Source: Octopus sinensis
Lineage: Eukaryota
Assembly: GCF_006345805.1 (NCBI RefSeq)
Contig: NC_043000.1
Span: forward strand, 91,264,001-91,328,000
Length of the DNA stretch: 64,000 nucleotides
Direction: 5' to 3'
Shown: positions 10,410 to 22,351 of the stretch, one piece after another
How the letters are laid out: every line of letters starts with the position of its first letter
Numbering within the stretch: the stretch's first letter is position 1
Made by a program: the position numbers and the translations under genes
The notes under the pieces: model-generated
Seen by the model: the letters and a program-made list of their open reading frames with translations, nothing else
Database searches by the model: none
Told to the model about the DNA's origin: nothing

Positions 10410-10822
10410 TCTAATCAACGGGACAACCTGCATGTGAAATTAACGTGCAAGTGGTAGAGCACTCCACAAACACAGGTACCATTAACGTAGTTCACAGGGA
10501 GAGTCAGCATATCACAAAGTGCGACGAAGCTAGCCCTTTGAATTACAAGTACAATATATTTTTGCCAGCTGAGTGGACTAGAGCAACATGAAATAAAGTG
10601 TCTCGTCAAGGACACAATGCACTTAGCGGTTCGGCTAAAGAACCCGATAGAATAAATACCAGGCTTCAAAACATAAGCACTAGGGTCGATTTGTTCGAAT
10701 AAAACTCTGTAAGGCAATGCCCCAGCTTGGCCACACTCACATGACTGAAATAAGAAAGAGATATCGAACTCACGGCGTTACGATCGCGAGTCGAATACCG
10801 AGGCCACTAATCTATGCGCTTC
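10410..10822 (-). mobile_element. Degenerate tRNA-headed SINE interrupted by a family 1 tail (~10620-10760)
   Basis: tRNA-like head on the minus strand at 10765-10822; body GTGTCCTTGACGAGACACTTTATTTCATGTTGCTC. Confidence 0.55.
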
Positions 10823-11117
10823 TCACATCCATGCATTCATGCATCCATCCATATATATATGCAACACACACAGACACACACAGCACACACATATTTTCGA
10901 AGTGCTTCCATACATTTTCCATCCACCAAATTCACTCACATGACATTATTCGGCCCAGAGTTATCGTAAAAAGGTACTTGCCTAAGATGGTGCACGATGG
11001 GACTGAATCCGAAGGTACCTGGTTGCACAATGAGCTTCGTTGTTACACATCGACACCTTTATGTGCATGTGCATGTGCATGCTTGTATGTAAGTAGATGT
11101 ATAAATACATGTATGTG

Positions 11118-11212
11118 AAGGCGCGCGGCCCAGGGGTTAGTGTGTTGCAATCACGATCACCAGATCACGGGTTCGATTCCAGGACCGGAAACACTTGATT
11201 TCATGTTGCTCG
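11118..11212 (+). mobile_element. tRNA-like SINE head
   Basis: A-box-like GGCCCAGGGGTTAG, B-box GGGTTCGATTCC, then ACACTTGATTTCATGTTGCTC as in the 10410 element. Confidence 0.6.
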
Positions 11213-12019
11213 AGTGCTGTGTGGGGACCAGCATGCCAAAAAGTAGGCTCAACGTTTCCTCGGCGTGCCGTGGAAGGCGAATAAAAGAGGTTGAGGTAGG
11301 ATTTGCGCTACGATCTCGTAAAACTCTCAACAGCAGCGACTACGCAAACCCATGGTTTGGAGGATTGTCGCCTGAGCGGGGCAAAGGTGTCATCCGCCAG
11401 AAGTAGGGAATCACCAACAAACGGTGGATGCAGTGATGCCCTGTTACAGCGCATGGCCCTATCTACTACTTTGTGGGTGTCTGTGAAAATTTATAAGAGT
11501 ATGGGAGTGAGAGAGAAAAAAAGGTGGCGGTGGGTGAATAGACAGGGGTTGAGAGTAATATTTAGAGAGATGGAAAGTGTGCACAGGGAACGGGTGAAGA
11601 GAGGGAGAAAATGCAAAAATTTCCGAAAATTGATTAATAGTTAAAATTAAAAATTCTAATTAAAATTTTAGAAATAAACTGTTTTCAATTAGTTTACTTC
11701 TGATAAATTTTCAATGATATGGAAATATATTCTCGTTAAGAATGCGGCACGAGCGGAGATGTAGAATTTTGTCCACTAGATACTTCATAAATAGAGTACT
11801 TTAGATAATTACGTTAACTTATCTTTATCTTTTTATTTTTTACCTTTTACTTGTTTCAGTCATTGGATTGCAGCCATACTGGGGCATCGCCTTGAAGGAT
11901 CGTGTTCAAACAAATCAACCCTAGTGCTTTTTTTCTTTAAAAAAATATGTCTTGTACTTTTGCCAAGCCGCTAAGTTACTGGGTTGTGGAGACATAAACA
12001 AACCATCACCGGTTATAAA

Positions 12020-12230
12020 GCAGAATGCCCCTTTATTCCAATCAGTTGGTCAAGCTTGATATCCATATCATCTTTCTCTTTTCTCTGTTTTTCCCTTTCA
12101 ATCATCGTTAAATTCTCCATGCCCTCTTTCCTCATCATACGCCCAAGAAATCTCAGTAGCTTGGCCCTTATTTCTTGAAGCAGTTTCCTACTAACCACTG
12201 TTCATGTCGTCATTTCTTCATGACAAACTG
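12020..12230 (-). pseudogene. Degenerate C-terminal fragment of an RTE-type reverse transcriptase ORF
   Basis: RKLLQEIRAKLLRFLGRMMRKEGMENL resembles the RTE I..R.L..FGH..R...LE motif. Confidence 0.6.
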
Positions 12231-12248
12231 TTTAGCAATGTTAATAAT

Positions 12249-12432
12249 AGGCGTAGGAGTGGCTGTGTGGTAAGTAGCTTGCTTACCAACCACATGGTTA
12301 GGGGTTCAGTCCCACTGCGTGGCACCTTGGGCAAGAGTCTTCTACAATAGCCTCAGGCCGACCAAAGCCTTGTGAGTGGATTTGGTAGACAGAAACTGAA
12401 AGAAGCCCGTCGTATATATGTATATATATATA

Positions 12433-12475
<43 letters not shown>

Positions 12476-12717
12476 TTATATATGTGTGTATATATGTATG
12501 TGTGTGTATATTTTGTGTATCTGTGTTTGTCCCGCCAACATCGCTTGACAATCGATGCTGGTGTGTTTAGGTCCCCATAACTTAGCGGTTCGGCAAAAGA
12601 GGCCGATAGCATAAGTACTAGGCTTACAAAGAGTAAGTCCTGGGGTCGATTTGATTCGACTAAAGGTGGTTCTGCAGCATGGCCGCAGTCAAATAACTGA
12701 AACAAGTAAAAGAGAGT
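12249..12717 (+). mobile_element. Full-length SINE family 1 copy
   Basis: A-box TGGCTGTGTGG, B-box GGTTCAGTCCC, internal (TA)n, tail AAGTAAAAGAGAGT. Confidence 0.9.
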
Positions 12718-13039
12718 AATGATTCTACCCCTCGATTTGATCGATATTTTACTCACAGATTGCATATACGTACTGAGAATATTCAGTCTCAAACATTCAT
12801 CCAGCATTGGGTAGCTAGAGTTACTTTACTCAACGTAGCCCGAGATACCGAACCCTTTTTTTATGCCAAGGATAAGATAGCGACTGGGGAATATCACCGC
12901 AAGGATGAGAAGACGACTGTGGAAAATCACCTAAACAGAAGCCTAGTGAGTCAGGTTTTGAATTCAGTACTGTGAATGCCATTGATTGGGATTGGTTGCT
13001 CAACTACATTGAAAAATGATGATAAATGCTAGAAATGAC

Positions 13040-13427
13040 AGAGTGGCTGTGTGGTAAGTAGCTTGCTTACCAACCACATGGTTCCGGGTTCATCTCCACT
13101 GCGTGACACCTTGGGCGAGTGTCTTCTATTATAGTCTCGGGCCGACCAAATCCTTGTGAGTGGTTATGATAGATGGAAACTGAAAGAAGCCCGTCATATA
13201 TATGTATATATATATGAGTGTGTATATATTTGTGTCTGTGTTTGTCCCCCAACATCGTTTGACAACCGATTGTGTTGTGTTTACGTCCCCATAACTTAGT
13301 GGTTCGGCAAAGGAGACTGATAGAATAAGTACTAGGCTTCCAAAGAATAAGTCCTGGGGTCAATTTGCTCGACTAAAGGCAGTGTTCCAGCATGGCTGCA
13401 GTCAAATGACTGAAACAAGTAAAGAGT
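13040..13427 (+). mobile_element. SINE family 1 copy
   Basis: Colinear with 12249-12717. Confidence 0.85.
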
Positions 13428-14293
13428 GAATCTCTCTCAAAATACACCCTACAGTCTTTAAAAAGAAATTACATTGGATAATTTCGTTCTGATACTGAGT
13501 TCCTTATACATAGAAAGCACATTGGACAAACATGGTTATTACACTGTGCAACGCAACTTTTGTCCTTGGGTAGCAATTGTTATCCCCTATTTGCTCACCC
13601 CTAGAAAGTATGCAAAATGGATAATATTTTCTCCAGATTTTGCTTTTGATACATTTATTCAAATCCCCAAAGAATCCTTCTCAGCTCATAGCTTGTGATC
13701 AGAGATGTACGTATTGTCAGCCACTAAGGCACATGCTCAAATAGCTAAGGTCAAGCAAATGGCAAGCAAAACTGTGGTAATGAGCAGAATATTTGCTATA
13801 ACAATATTTCTGCTTCAGCAACTCAGCACTGAACTTGTCCGAAATGTAATGGAAAGTAGGTCAGTTTCAAAACATTGATGTCTAGGTCAAAAAAGCAAAA
13901 ATTGAAGGGAATAGAAGTCATTTCCTTTGATTTCTAGGTAGAAGCAAACAAGAGATAATTTACTGACCAAAGACAAAATTAAATAAAAATTTTGTTAAGC
14001 TGTGTTATCTTTGATCGTAGAGGCCTCCTAAGTCACCTTTGACATGGAACTAAGCAATAAGAACAACTTCCTACATTAACATCATAACTAGTACCATCAC
14101 AGCATCCATCATCACAATGGTTCCGCTACCACTACTATCACTGCTACCAAGATCCCCATCATATCCATTATCATAGCAACTACGACTATTAAGAGTATCC
14201 TTCCATCGTTAATCAGTCTATTACACTATTATCACCACTCATATATCTGTCAAACTCTATTACATTTTACCATCAACAACTTAATTTGGCCTC

Positions 14294-14400
<107 letters not shown>

Positions 14401-14536
14401 TGTATATATATATACATCATCATCATCATCGTTTAATGTCAGTCTTCCATGCCGTCTTGTAGTGGATGGTTTCACAGAGGACTGCACCAAGCTCCACTGT
14501 CTGTTTTGGCATGGCTTTTATGGCAGTATGTCCTTC

Positions 14537-14573
<37 letters not shown>

Positions 14574-14578
14574 TATAT

Positions 14579-14781
14579 CGCGTGTGTACCGTTGGCGATT
14601 TTTTTCCTCCGTCTTCCCTTCTTTGGATCTTTCCTTTTCCTATGTTTCTGGCGAAACGCTCCGCTCGAAACGTTAAACCCTCCTTCTTTCCTTCTTTCCT
14701 GAGCGTCCAATAATACTATACTTGTTCCACGTCCTCGCGTTGTTGTGTTTTCTCTTTGTGTTTTCATGTTTAGATTAACTA
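14579..14781 (+). mobile_element. ~200-bp non-coding element with a degenerate minimal hammerhead (14644-14678)
   Basis: Near-identical to the reverse complement of 43871-44073; GTTT-CTGGCGA...GCTC-GAAA-CGTT-AAAC; TA-flanked. Confidence 0.7.
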
Positions 14782-14806
14782 TATATATGTGTGTGTGTGT
14801 GTGTGT

Positions 14807-16272
14807 ATCAAATGAAAATGGACAAGAAATCTAAAGCAGGACGAGTATCTCAGGTCTTTCTTTTAGAATATTTAATTAAAGTTAATAAAGCCAAAAATAG
14901 AGAAGTAGAAGTAATTAATGTCTTACAGCTGTTTCTGAGATATCCCAGGTGATGGTCCAACATCTCCATATACTGGGTACTCCATCATCAGAGACCCTGA
15001 ATTAGGTAAGGGCAAGTGCCGTAGTTTGTTCTGTATTTAATGACAGTTGGGTTAGGGATTTCTTTGTGTGTTTTTGCTCCACTGAGAATGAGTTTTAGTG
15101 TTTGGGACTGCCTTTAGCTTTTGATGATTTGTTGTTTTTATAAGATTTTTCTCATCTTTTCATCTGCAAATAAAATGGGGAGGTTTTTTGTGGATGTGAT
15201 CAAATATTTCGGTTCTACTGTGATTGAAGGTTGACATACAGTGTAAGACGTCTTTCCTTCTTTTGTTTTCCTAAGTTCATTGATACCCATTTGTTTTGCC
15301 TTGGTTATTCCGTTGGTGATTATACCAGGAGGGAAGGCTTCAGTTCCTCTAGTCTTGGTTCATGTTTGGATGTTTCTGACACTATGGTACAAATTCGTTT
15401 TGCCAGATTAAAAGGAATGTTGAGTTTGATGTGTTCCCTTTATATAAGTGGACTTTATAGTAGTTTGTGTCCATGATTACGACAGTGCTCACTTCCTCAG
15501 CTTCTTTGATAGTTATATTCGTATTTTCTTGTAAATCCAGTACGTTCTTCCATTCATGCTTTGTAAAGTTTGATTTAATGTTTCTGTATTCAATTTTTTC
15601 AAATGGAAATTTCATAATGTATTTGCAGTAGGAATCTAGTGTTTTATTTGAAATTTTATTTGGGGAAAAATTGCTTTTGATTCTGGCTAGTGTTTCGTCT
15701 TCATCAATAGAGTTGTTGGTGGAGTATTCGGCCAGCTTGATTTTTTGGCAGAATTCTGCAATGTCATGTTTTAGTTCGGGGAAGATTAGCCTTTGTGGTG
15801 TAGGTGTAAGCTTCAATCCCTTACTTAGAATTTCTATTTGGCGTGTCAGTTAATGGTTTTTTATAAAGGTTAATTACCTTTGGTTCCTAGTATAGTGGGG
15901 GAGCCAACGTGTGTCCTGGTATTTCTGACCTCGTGCAAAAAAATGATAAGTTACCTTGAGTGTAGTTGATATTTGTTGCTGGTCTATTTTGAGTGGTTAT
16001 TGTAGGGTCGTTTTTAATGGTGAGTGTGTTGAGGAAGGGGTCTGCTGTAGTTGCCTTTATGTTGTGGTCCTGTTGGGGTTCTGTGTGGTCGGGGTGGTTT
16101 AGGTGGGTCTCTTCCAAAGGCCATTGTGTTTATGATATAGTGATTGTCGTTCTAATGAGGGTACTTGTGGTTATATTTTATTCATGGTCCCAATGTAGCC
16201 CTCATTGATCCAGGTGCACCTCTTCCAAAGTTTAAAGTGCATATGTTATAACGTTGGTTTATCTCATTCCTT
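14807..16272 (-). mobile_element. Penelope-like element remnant with the RT core deleted
   Basis: GLKLTPTPQ...SNFTKHEWKNVLDLQENTNITIKEAEEVSTVVIMDTNYY (PLE N-terminus, degenerate ADKG motif) joins HIKLNIPFNLAKRICTIVS (RT thumb); hammerhead at the 3' end. Confidence 0.8.
14920..14995 (-). ncRNA. Type I hammerhead ribozyme
   Basis: Minus strand GUCU-CUGAUGA-[UGGAGUACCCAG...CUGGGAUAUCUCA]-GAA-ACAGCUGU-A-AGAC; palindromic helix III, GUA cleavage triplet. Confidence 0.8.
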
Positions 16273-16612
16273 GATATATATACATATATGTACCTATGTA
16301 GGTATGCATGAATGTGTGTATGTATATATAATTAATTAATAAGGGTGAAAGAATTAGATACTAATTTAATAGCATATCTATTCAACACCAAGTGGCCCAG
16401 TGCCTCGAGAAACCTGGATTATTATAATATTTTATAATATATTATAACATTTTATACAAAAATAAATATAAGAGAATGGTCACTATGTGGCTCATTCTAG
16501 CACTAGAAAATCCAAAAGGTTTCAACCACAAAAATACATGCTTCCTATGAAAGTCAGTACGATTGTTAGCCACACGAACAGGGCAAATAAAAAATAACAA
16601 AAATACAGATTA

Positions 16613-16694
16613 TTTTGGGACAATTGTTTCGCTATTAATGAATTAAATGTAATTTTACTTACAAAAAACCCAACTTGTAGCTCCTCAGCCAAAA
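16613..16694 (-). ncRNA. Type I hammerhead ribozyme, copy 1
   Basis: UUUUGG-CUGAGGA-GCUA...UAGC-GAA-ACAAUUGU-C-CCAAAA; all core nucleotides present, GUC triplet at 16621-16619. Confidence 0.9.
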
Positions 16695-17148
16695 CTATCT
16701 GGATGAAATCCACTCAATCACACGCCAGATTTTACCATAACGATAAATACATGTGTGGTTCAATTGATTACATCCGACGTTATAATTCAAATGCCCTTAC
16801 CAACAGCGCGCCAAACCTTCACGGAAACAAATACTACATTTAGAGATAAATGTAGCATAATTATAATTAATTAATAAGGGTGAGAGAATTAGATACTAAT
16901 TTAATAGCATATCTATTCAACACCAAGTGGCCCGGTGCCTCGAGAAACCTGGATTATTATAATATTTTATAATATATTATAACATTTTATACAAAAATAA
17001 ATATAAGAGAATGGTCACTATGTGACTCATTCTAGCACTAGAAAATCCAAAAGGTTTCAACCACAAAAATACATGCTTCCTATGACAGTCAGTACGATTG
17101 TTAGCTCACACGAACAGGGCAAATAAAAAATAACAAAAATACAGATTA

Positions 17149-17230
17149 TTTTGGGACAATTGTTTCGCTATTAATGAATTAAATGTAATTTTACTTACAA
17201 AAAACCCAACTTGTAGCTCCTCAGCCAAAA
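17149..17230 (-). ncRNA. Type I hammerhead ribozyme, copy 2
   Basis: Same sequence as copy 1; GUC triplet at 17157-17155. Confidence 0.9.
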
Positions 17231-17568
17231 CTATCTGGATGAAATCCACTCAATCACACGCCAGATTTTACCATAACGATAAATACACGTGTGGTTCAGG
17301 AGCTACAAGTTGGGTTTTTTGTAAGTAAAATTACATTTAATTCATTAATAGCGAAACAATTGTCCCAAAATAATCTGTATTTTTGTTATTTTTTTATTTG
17401 CCCTGTTCGTGTGAGCTAACAATCGTACTGACTTTCATAGGAAGCATGTATTTTTGTGGTTGAAACCTTTTGGATTTTCTAGTGCTAGAATGAGCCACAT
17501 AGTGACCATTCTCTTATATTTATTTTTGTACATATATATATATATATATATATACATTTATATATTTG

Positions 17569-17600
<32 letters not shown>

Positions 17601-17741
17601 GATATCACTTTGTTTTTGTTTTTCCTGACATACTTTGCACAAGACATCTTCACAATATATTACAAAATATGTTATAGTTTAAAATTTTTTTTTTTCTCAT
17701 TTTATCTTACACTTTTACTATAACACATCTGTTTTCGTTGA

Positions 17742-17780
<39 letters not shown>

Positions 17781-18309
17781 CATATATTTTCCATTTTTTC
17801 CCCCTGCTCCATCCAACATACATCCACACGCATATATATATCAATGTACAGATCCCTTACCTTGTTTCACTTATCTCTCTTAACTTTTCCAATTCTTTGC
17901 TTTTGTGTTCTGCTTTTTTCCTTATGGTGTCATATAATTTTTTATTGCCTTCATTATTTAAAAAAAATTGGTATTTTCGTTGTTATTGTTGTTATTATTT
18001 TTTTTGTTTGTTTTTTAATGTTTATATTGTAATCTATTTTTGTCATTATTTAAAAACCTTTTTTAGGTCTCCTCTCTGCCCTGATAATCTTCTCTCTGTT
18101 TTTTTTTTGTTTTTTTTATAACTATATTAGAAACATTTTTAGAAGAAATGTCAAGGTAAGAAGAAAAAAATTGGAAATGATAGATTTTGTTCTTGTTGTT
18201 TGGTGGAGGTTTGTAATTTGTGAAAAGATAGAAAAGCAACAACTTTCACTCTATCAAAAATAAAAACAAATCCATAGAATTAACCTCAGGAGTACAAAAC
18301 TTGTTATTC

Positions 18310-18708
18310 TCATCACCATATTCATCATCATCAACATCACCAACACTACCTTCTCCTTCATCATCATCATCATCATCATCACCACGATCATCACCACCAC
18401 CACCACCACCACCACCACCACCACCATCATCGCCATCATCGCCATCATCATCGCCATCATCATCATCGCCACCATCATCATTGCCATCATCATCATTGCT
18501 ATCAGCATTATCACCACCACCACCACCACCACTATCATCATCATCACCATTGTCGTCGTCATCATCGTCATCATCATCATCATCATCATAGTCATTGTCA
18601 TCATTGTTACCATTATCATCACCACCACTACCATCACCACTACCACTACTTCCACCACCTTAACCATGATGATCATTATCGTCATTATCATCATCATTAG
18701 TGTGGTTG

Positions 18709-18752
<44 letters not shown>

Positions 18753-18810
18753 TTCTTCATCATTATTGCTTTCATCATCATTGATGTTCTCATCATCATT
18801 ATCATTGTTA
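18310..18810. repeat. Imperfect (CAT/CAC)n trinucleotide tract
   Basis: Direct reading; source of the poly-Met and poly-Ser/Pro ORFs. Confidence 0.95.
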
Positions 18811-19064
18811 TAACATTTGCTTTCCAATGATTGTATGAAGTCAGACAGAATTCAGTGTGATAAATTTTTCCATGCCATGATGAGCCCTTCATGCTGCCAC
18901 CTTCATCTGATTCTGAGTAAGGCAGCAGTTCCCCCATGACCAGACATATTTCCATGAAAGCATGGACAAGAGGTACACCACTTGTATGATAGTGACAACT
19001 GGTTTTCAACTGTTGTGCAATGTCAATACATGGAGACATTTACATGCACACACACACACACATA

Positions 19065-19888
19065 TCATCATCGTCATCATCATCATCATTTAATGTCCGC
19101 TTTCCATGCTAGCATGGCTTGGACGATTTGACTGACGACTGGCAAGCCAGATGGCTGCACCAGGTTCCAATTTGATATGGCAGTGTTTCTACAGCTAGAT
19201 TCCCTTCCTAACTCCAACCACTCGGAGATTGTAGTGGGTGCTTTTACATGCCACCAGCATGAGGTCCAGTCAGGCGGTACTGGCAATGGCCATGCTCAAA
19301 TGGTGTTTTTATATGCCACCTGAACAAGAGCCAGTCCAGCAGCACTGGCAACGACCTCGCTGGAATGTTTTTTCATGTGCCATTGGCATAAGTGCCAGTA
19401 AGGCAATGCTGGTAATGATCTCACTCAAATGGTGCTTTTTTACGTGCCACTGGCATGGAAGCCAGTTAGCTGCTCTGGCAATGATCACACTCAGATGATG
19501 CTGTTAACGCTTCACTAGCATGGATGCTAGTCATTGAATTTGATTTCAATTTCACTTGCCTCAACAGGTCTTTGCAAGCAGAGTTTAGTGTCCAATGAAG
19601 GAAAGGTATGCACAAGCGGGCTGGTTACACCCCTGGTATAGGCCACGATGTTATGGTCTCACTTGGCTTGTCGGGTCTTCTCAAGCACAGCATATTTCCA
19701 AAGATCTCGATCACTAGTCATTGCCTCGGTGAGGCCTAATGTTTGAAGGTTGTGCTTCACCACTTCATCCCAGGTCTTTCTGGGACTACCTCTTCCACAG
19801 GTTCCCTCAACCGCTAGGGTGTGGCACTTTTACACACAGCTATCTTCATCCATTCTCACCACATGACCATACCAGCACAGTTGTCTCA
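19065..19888 (-). mobile_element. 5'-truncated RTE LINE 3' end with (GAT)n tail
   Basis: Reverse complement encodes LCWYGHVVRMDEDSCV and matches the 3' UTR of 40505-42111. Confidence 0.85.
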
Positions 19889-20562
19889 CATATGTATACA
19901 TATACAATGGGCTCTTTCAGTTTCTCTCTACCGAATCCATTCGTGTTTTGTTGATTCAGGGCTATAATGAAAGACATTTCGTCAAGGTACCATGCAACAG
20001 GATTGAACCTGAAACCATTTCATTCAGCAAAATTCATAATCACACAGCCATGCCAATACCTGTTGTATATATATATATGTTTTCTTTTATTCATTTATTC
20101 TTTTATATCTTTCAGGCATTAGACTGTGAACATGCTGAGGCATCTCCTTAAATTTTTGGTTGACTGAATCAATACCAGGACTAATATTTTAAGCCTGGTA
20201 CTTATTGGATCAGTCTCTCTTACTGAAGCGCTATGTTTAGGGGACGCAAACAAACCAACAATGGTTTTCAACCAGTGGCGGGGAGATGAACACAGACACA
20301 CATATAATTTCATTTCAGGGGCTTTTTAAACTACTCTAGTTGACCAGGACTATTCATAGTACTAGTCATAAAAAGGTTATGTGCCTCCACCGAACATGTT
20401 GTGTAGGCCTCCTATTTTGCTAAAAGCAATAATAAATATGAAACCAATGGTAACTTTCTGACTGGCCATAACCAATGATTATATATATATATATATATAT
20501 ATATATAAGCACACAGGTGAGCACAAAAGTGCAAAACAAAGTGTGAAAAATAGTACTTGAAT

Positions 20563-21190
20563 ACCAAAGCATTTAGAGTGGAGTAAAAACCTACGGAATT
20601 GGTCCCTAGAACAGTAGAAGAATGTTATTTTCTCAGATGAGTCATCTTTACCGGCCGAGTATACATGTGGAGACAGCCAAAAGAAGCATTTGACCCAACT
20701 GTTAAACATAGAGGAGGATCTGTAATGATCTGGGGAGTGGTTGTATCTTGGAAATCCACTGGCCCAATGGCTTCCCTCATGGCAGAATTAATAGTCAAGA
20801 CTATTTATGCATTTTATCTGATCAAATTCATCCTATAGTTGTTGAACTGTTTCTGGAGGGAAACACAGTCGTTCAGGATAATAATGTACCGATTCACACA
20901 GCTAAAGTTATTACTGAATGGCATGAGCAACATTCTAGTGAAGTTGAACATCTTATCTGGCCACCACAGTCTCCAGATCTCAATATTATTGAACATTAAT
21001 GGTGCATTTTAGAAAACCAAGTAAGGAGTTGATATCCTCCACCATCATCACTACAAGGACTGGAGACTGTTTTAGCTGAAGAATGGACAAAAATTCCTTT
21101 GGAAATTATTCAAACTTTGAGTTCTTACCCCATATTAAAATAAACTTGTTTGAAATTTTAAGGTGTTTCCATTATTTTGTTAGATCCAGC
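20563..21190 (+). pseudogene. Tc1-type (DD34E) transposase remnant
   Basis: NVIFSDES, VKHRGGSVMIWG, VQDNNVPIHTAK, WPPQSPDLNIIEH, with stops and frameshifts. Confidence 0.9.
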
Positions 21191-22047
21191 CTCTCACATT
21201 TACCCAACAATGTTATTATAAAAATATGTAATCACATCATTAAAATGCCAAGCCTATTAGATAATGCAGGATTAATTCAAAACAATGTGAATAAATAAGA
21301 ATTGCATAATCTGACAGAGTAATCTGAATGTTAAAGGATTAACTAAAATGAAGGGAATATCCTCTCAGGTCTTAACTGGGCTGATAATTGTTGTGTCTTA
21401 CCTCTTGGATTAACTGAAAGATGAACCAGCTTCCTTAGTATATTACTGGATGATACTGGATTCTCATCAGCTAGGTATTCTCAGTCATGTAGGTATACAG
21501 TGTAAGTTTTCAAATGTAACAATACACTGTAGTGAGACCAATTTCTATTATAGTATATTGAATACATTACACTGATATAGGCTCAGTGCAATAATCTGTA
21601 ATGATGGGTTGTTTTACCTATCATGTGAGTTTTAAACATTGGTTGAGTCCTGTGCTGCGATTGGTTGAGTATAGTGTGGGATTTGGATCAAAGGTCCAAT
21701 CACATTGCGCGTAATATATTTTCAAACAATTAATCTCCATGTGCTTCGGAGCCTCTTTTTGTTTCTATCAATCAGTGCAGAGGGGTGAGTGATTTTCATG
21801 AAGGCAAGTTATGTTGATTTCCTGCCATTATTCACCAGAGCAAAATTAATATAATGGACCACATATAACCAATAAGGACCCTAGCTGAATTATCCAAATA
21901 ATGGATTAACTACAAACACCAGAATTCATAATGTTTATTACCTGATCTACAGTACTACTTTATGGAGGAATAAAGTCTCACTGTTATTTTAAAGTTCATT
22001 TCTTCTATTACTTCCATGAGTGAACACGCAACATATATTGTATAATG

Positions 22048-22351
22048 TTGTTTGTTCCTTCTCGAGCCATGCCTGGCTCATAAGGGCCGGTTTCCCGGTT
22101 TCCTTAGCGTAGAGCTTCCCTTCCTGAATGGGACACCGGTCTGTTGCAGGTGAGCTGCAAGATGCAGGAGGAAAGAGTGAGAGAAAGTTGTGGCAAAAGA
22201 GTCAGCAGAAGTTCGCCATTATCTTCTGCCGGAGCCACATGGAACTTAGGTGTTTTGCTCATAAACACATGCATCGCCCGGTCTGAGATTCGAACCCACA
22301 ATCTCTCGACCGTGAGTCTGCTGCTCTAACCACTAGGCCATGTGCCTCCAC
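22048..22351 (-). mobile_element. tRNA-derived SINE family 3, complete, with 13-bp TSD
   Basis: A-box TGGCCTAGTGG, B-box GGTTCGAATCT; ATATTGTATAATG at 22035-22047 and 22352-22364. Confidence 0.9.

Larger units (their letters stand above)
16327..17530 (-). mobile_element. Retrozyme/PLE-terminal-repeat-like non-coding element: ~536-bp unit (16327-16861), partial second unit (16862-17298), inverted fragment (17299-17530)
   Basis: Near-identical direct repeat; 17299-17530 is the reverse complement of ~16990-17220; (TA)n on both sides; a hammerhead in each direct unit. Confidence 0.85.

Noticed and set aside
18254-19039. 261-aa Met/Val-rich ORF and the opposite-strand Ser/Pro ORF
   Set aside because: Translation of a (CAT/CAC)n tract; no domain or splice support.
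21420-21476. Minus-strand CUGAUGA with a helix II-like pairing
   Set aside because: No GAAA or cleavage triplet follows.
22270-22351. tRNA gene (also 11118-11190 and 23815-23885)
   Set aside because: A/B boxes run into SINE bodies, with a TSD at 22 kb; no convincing acceptor stem.
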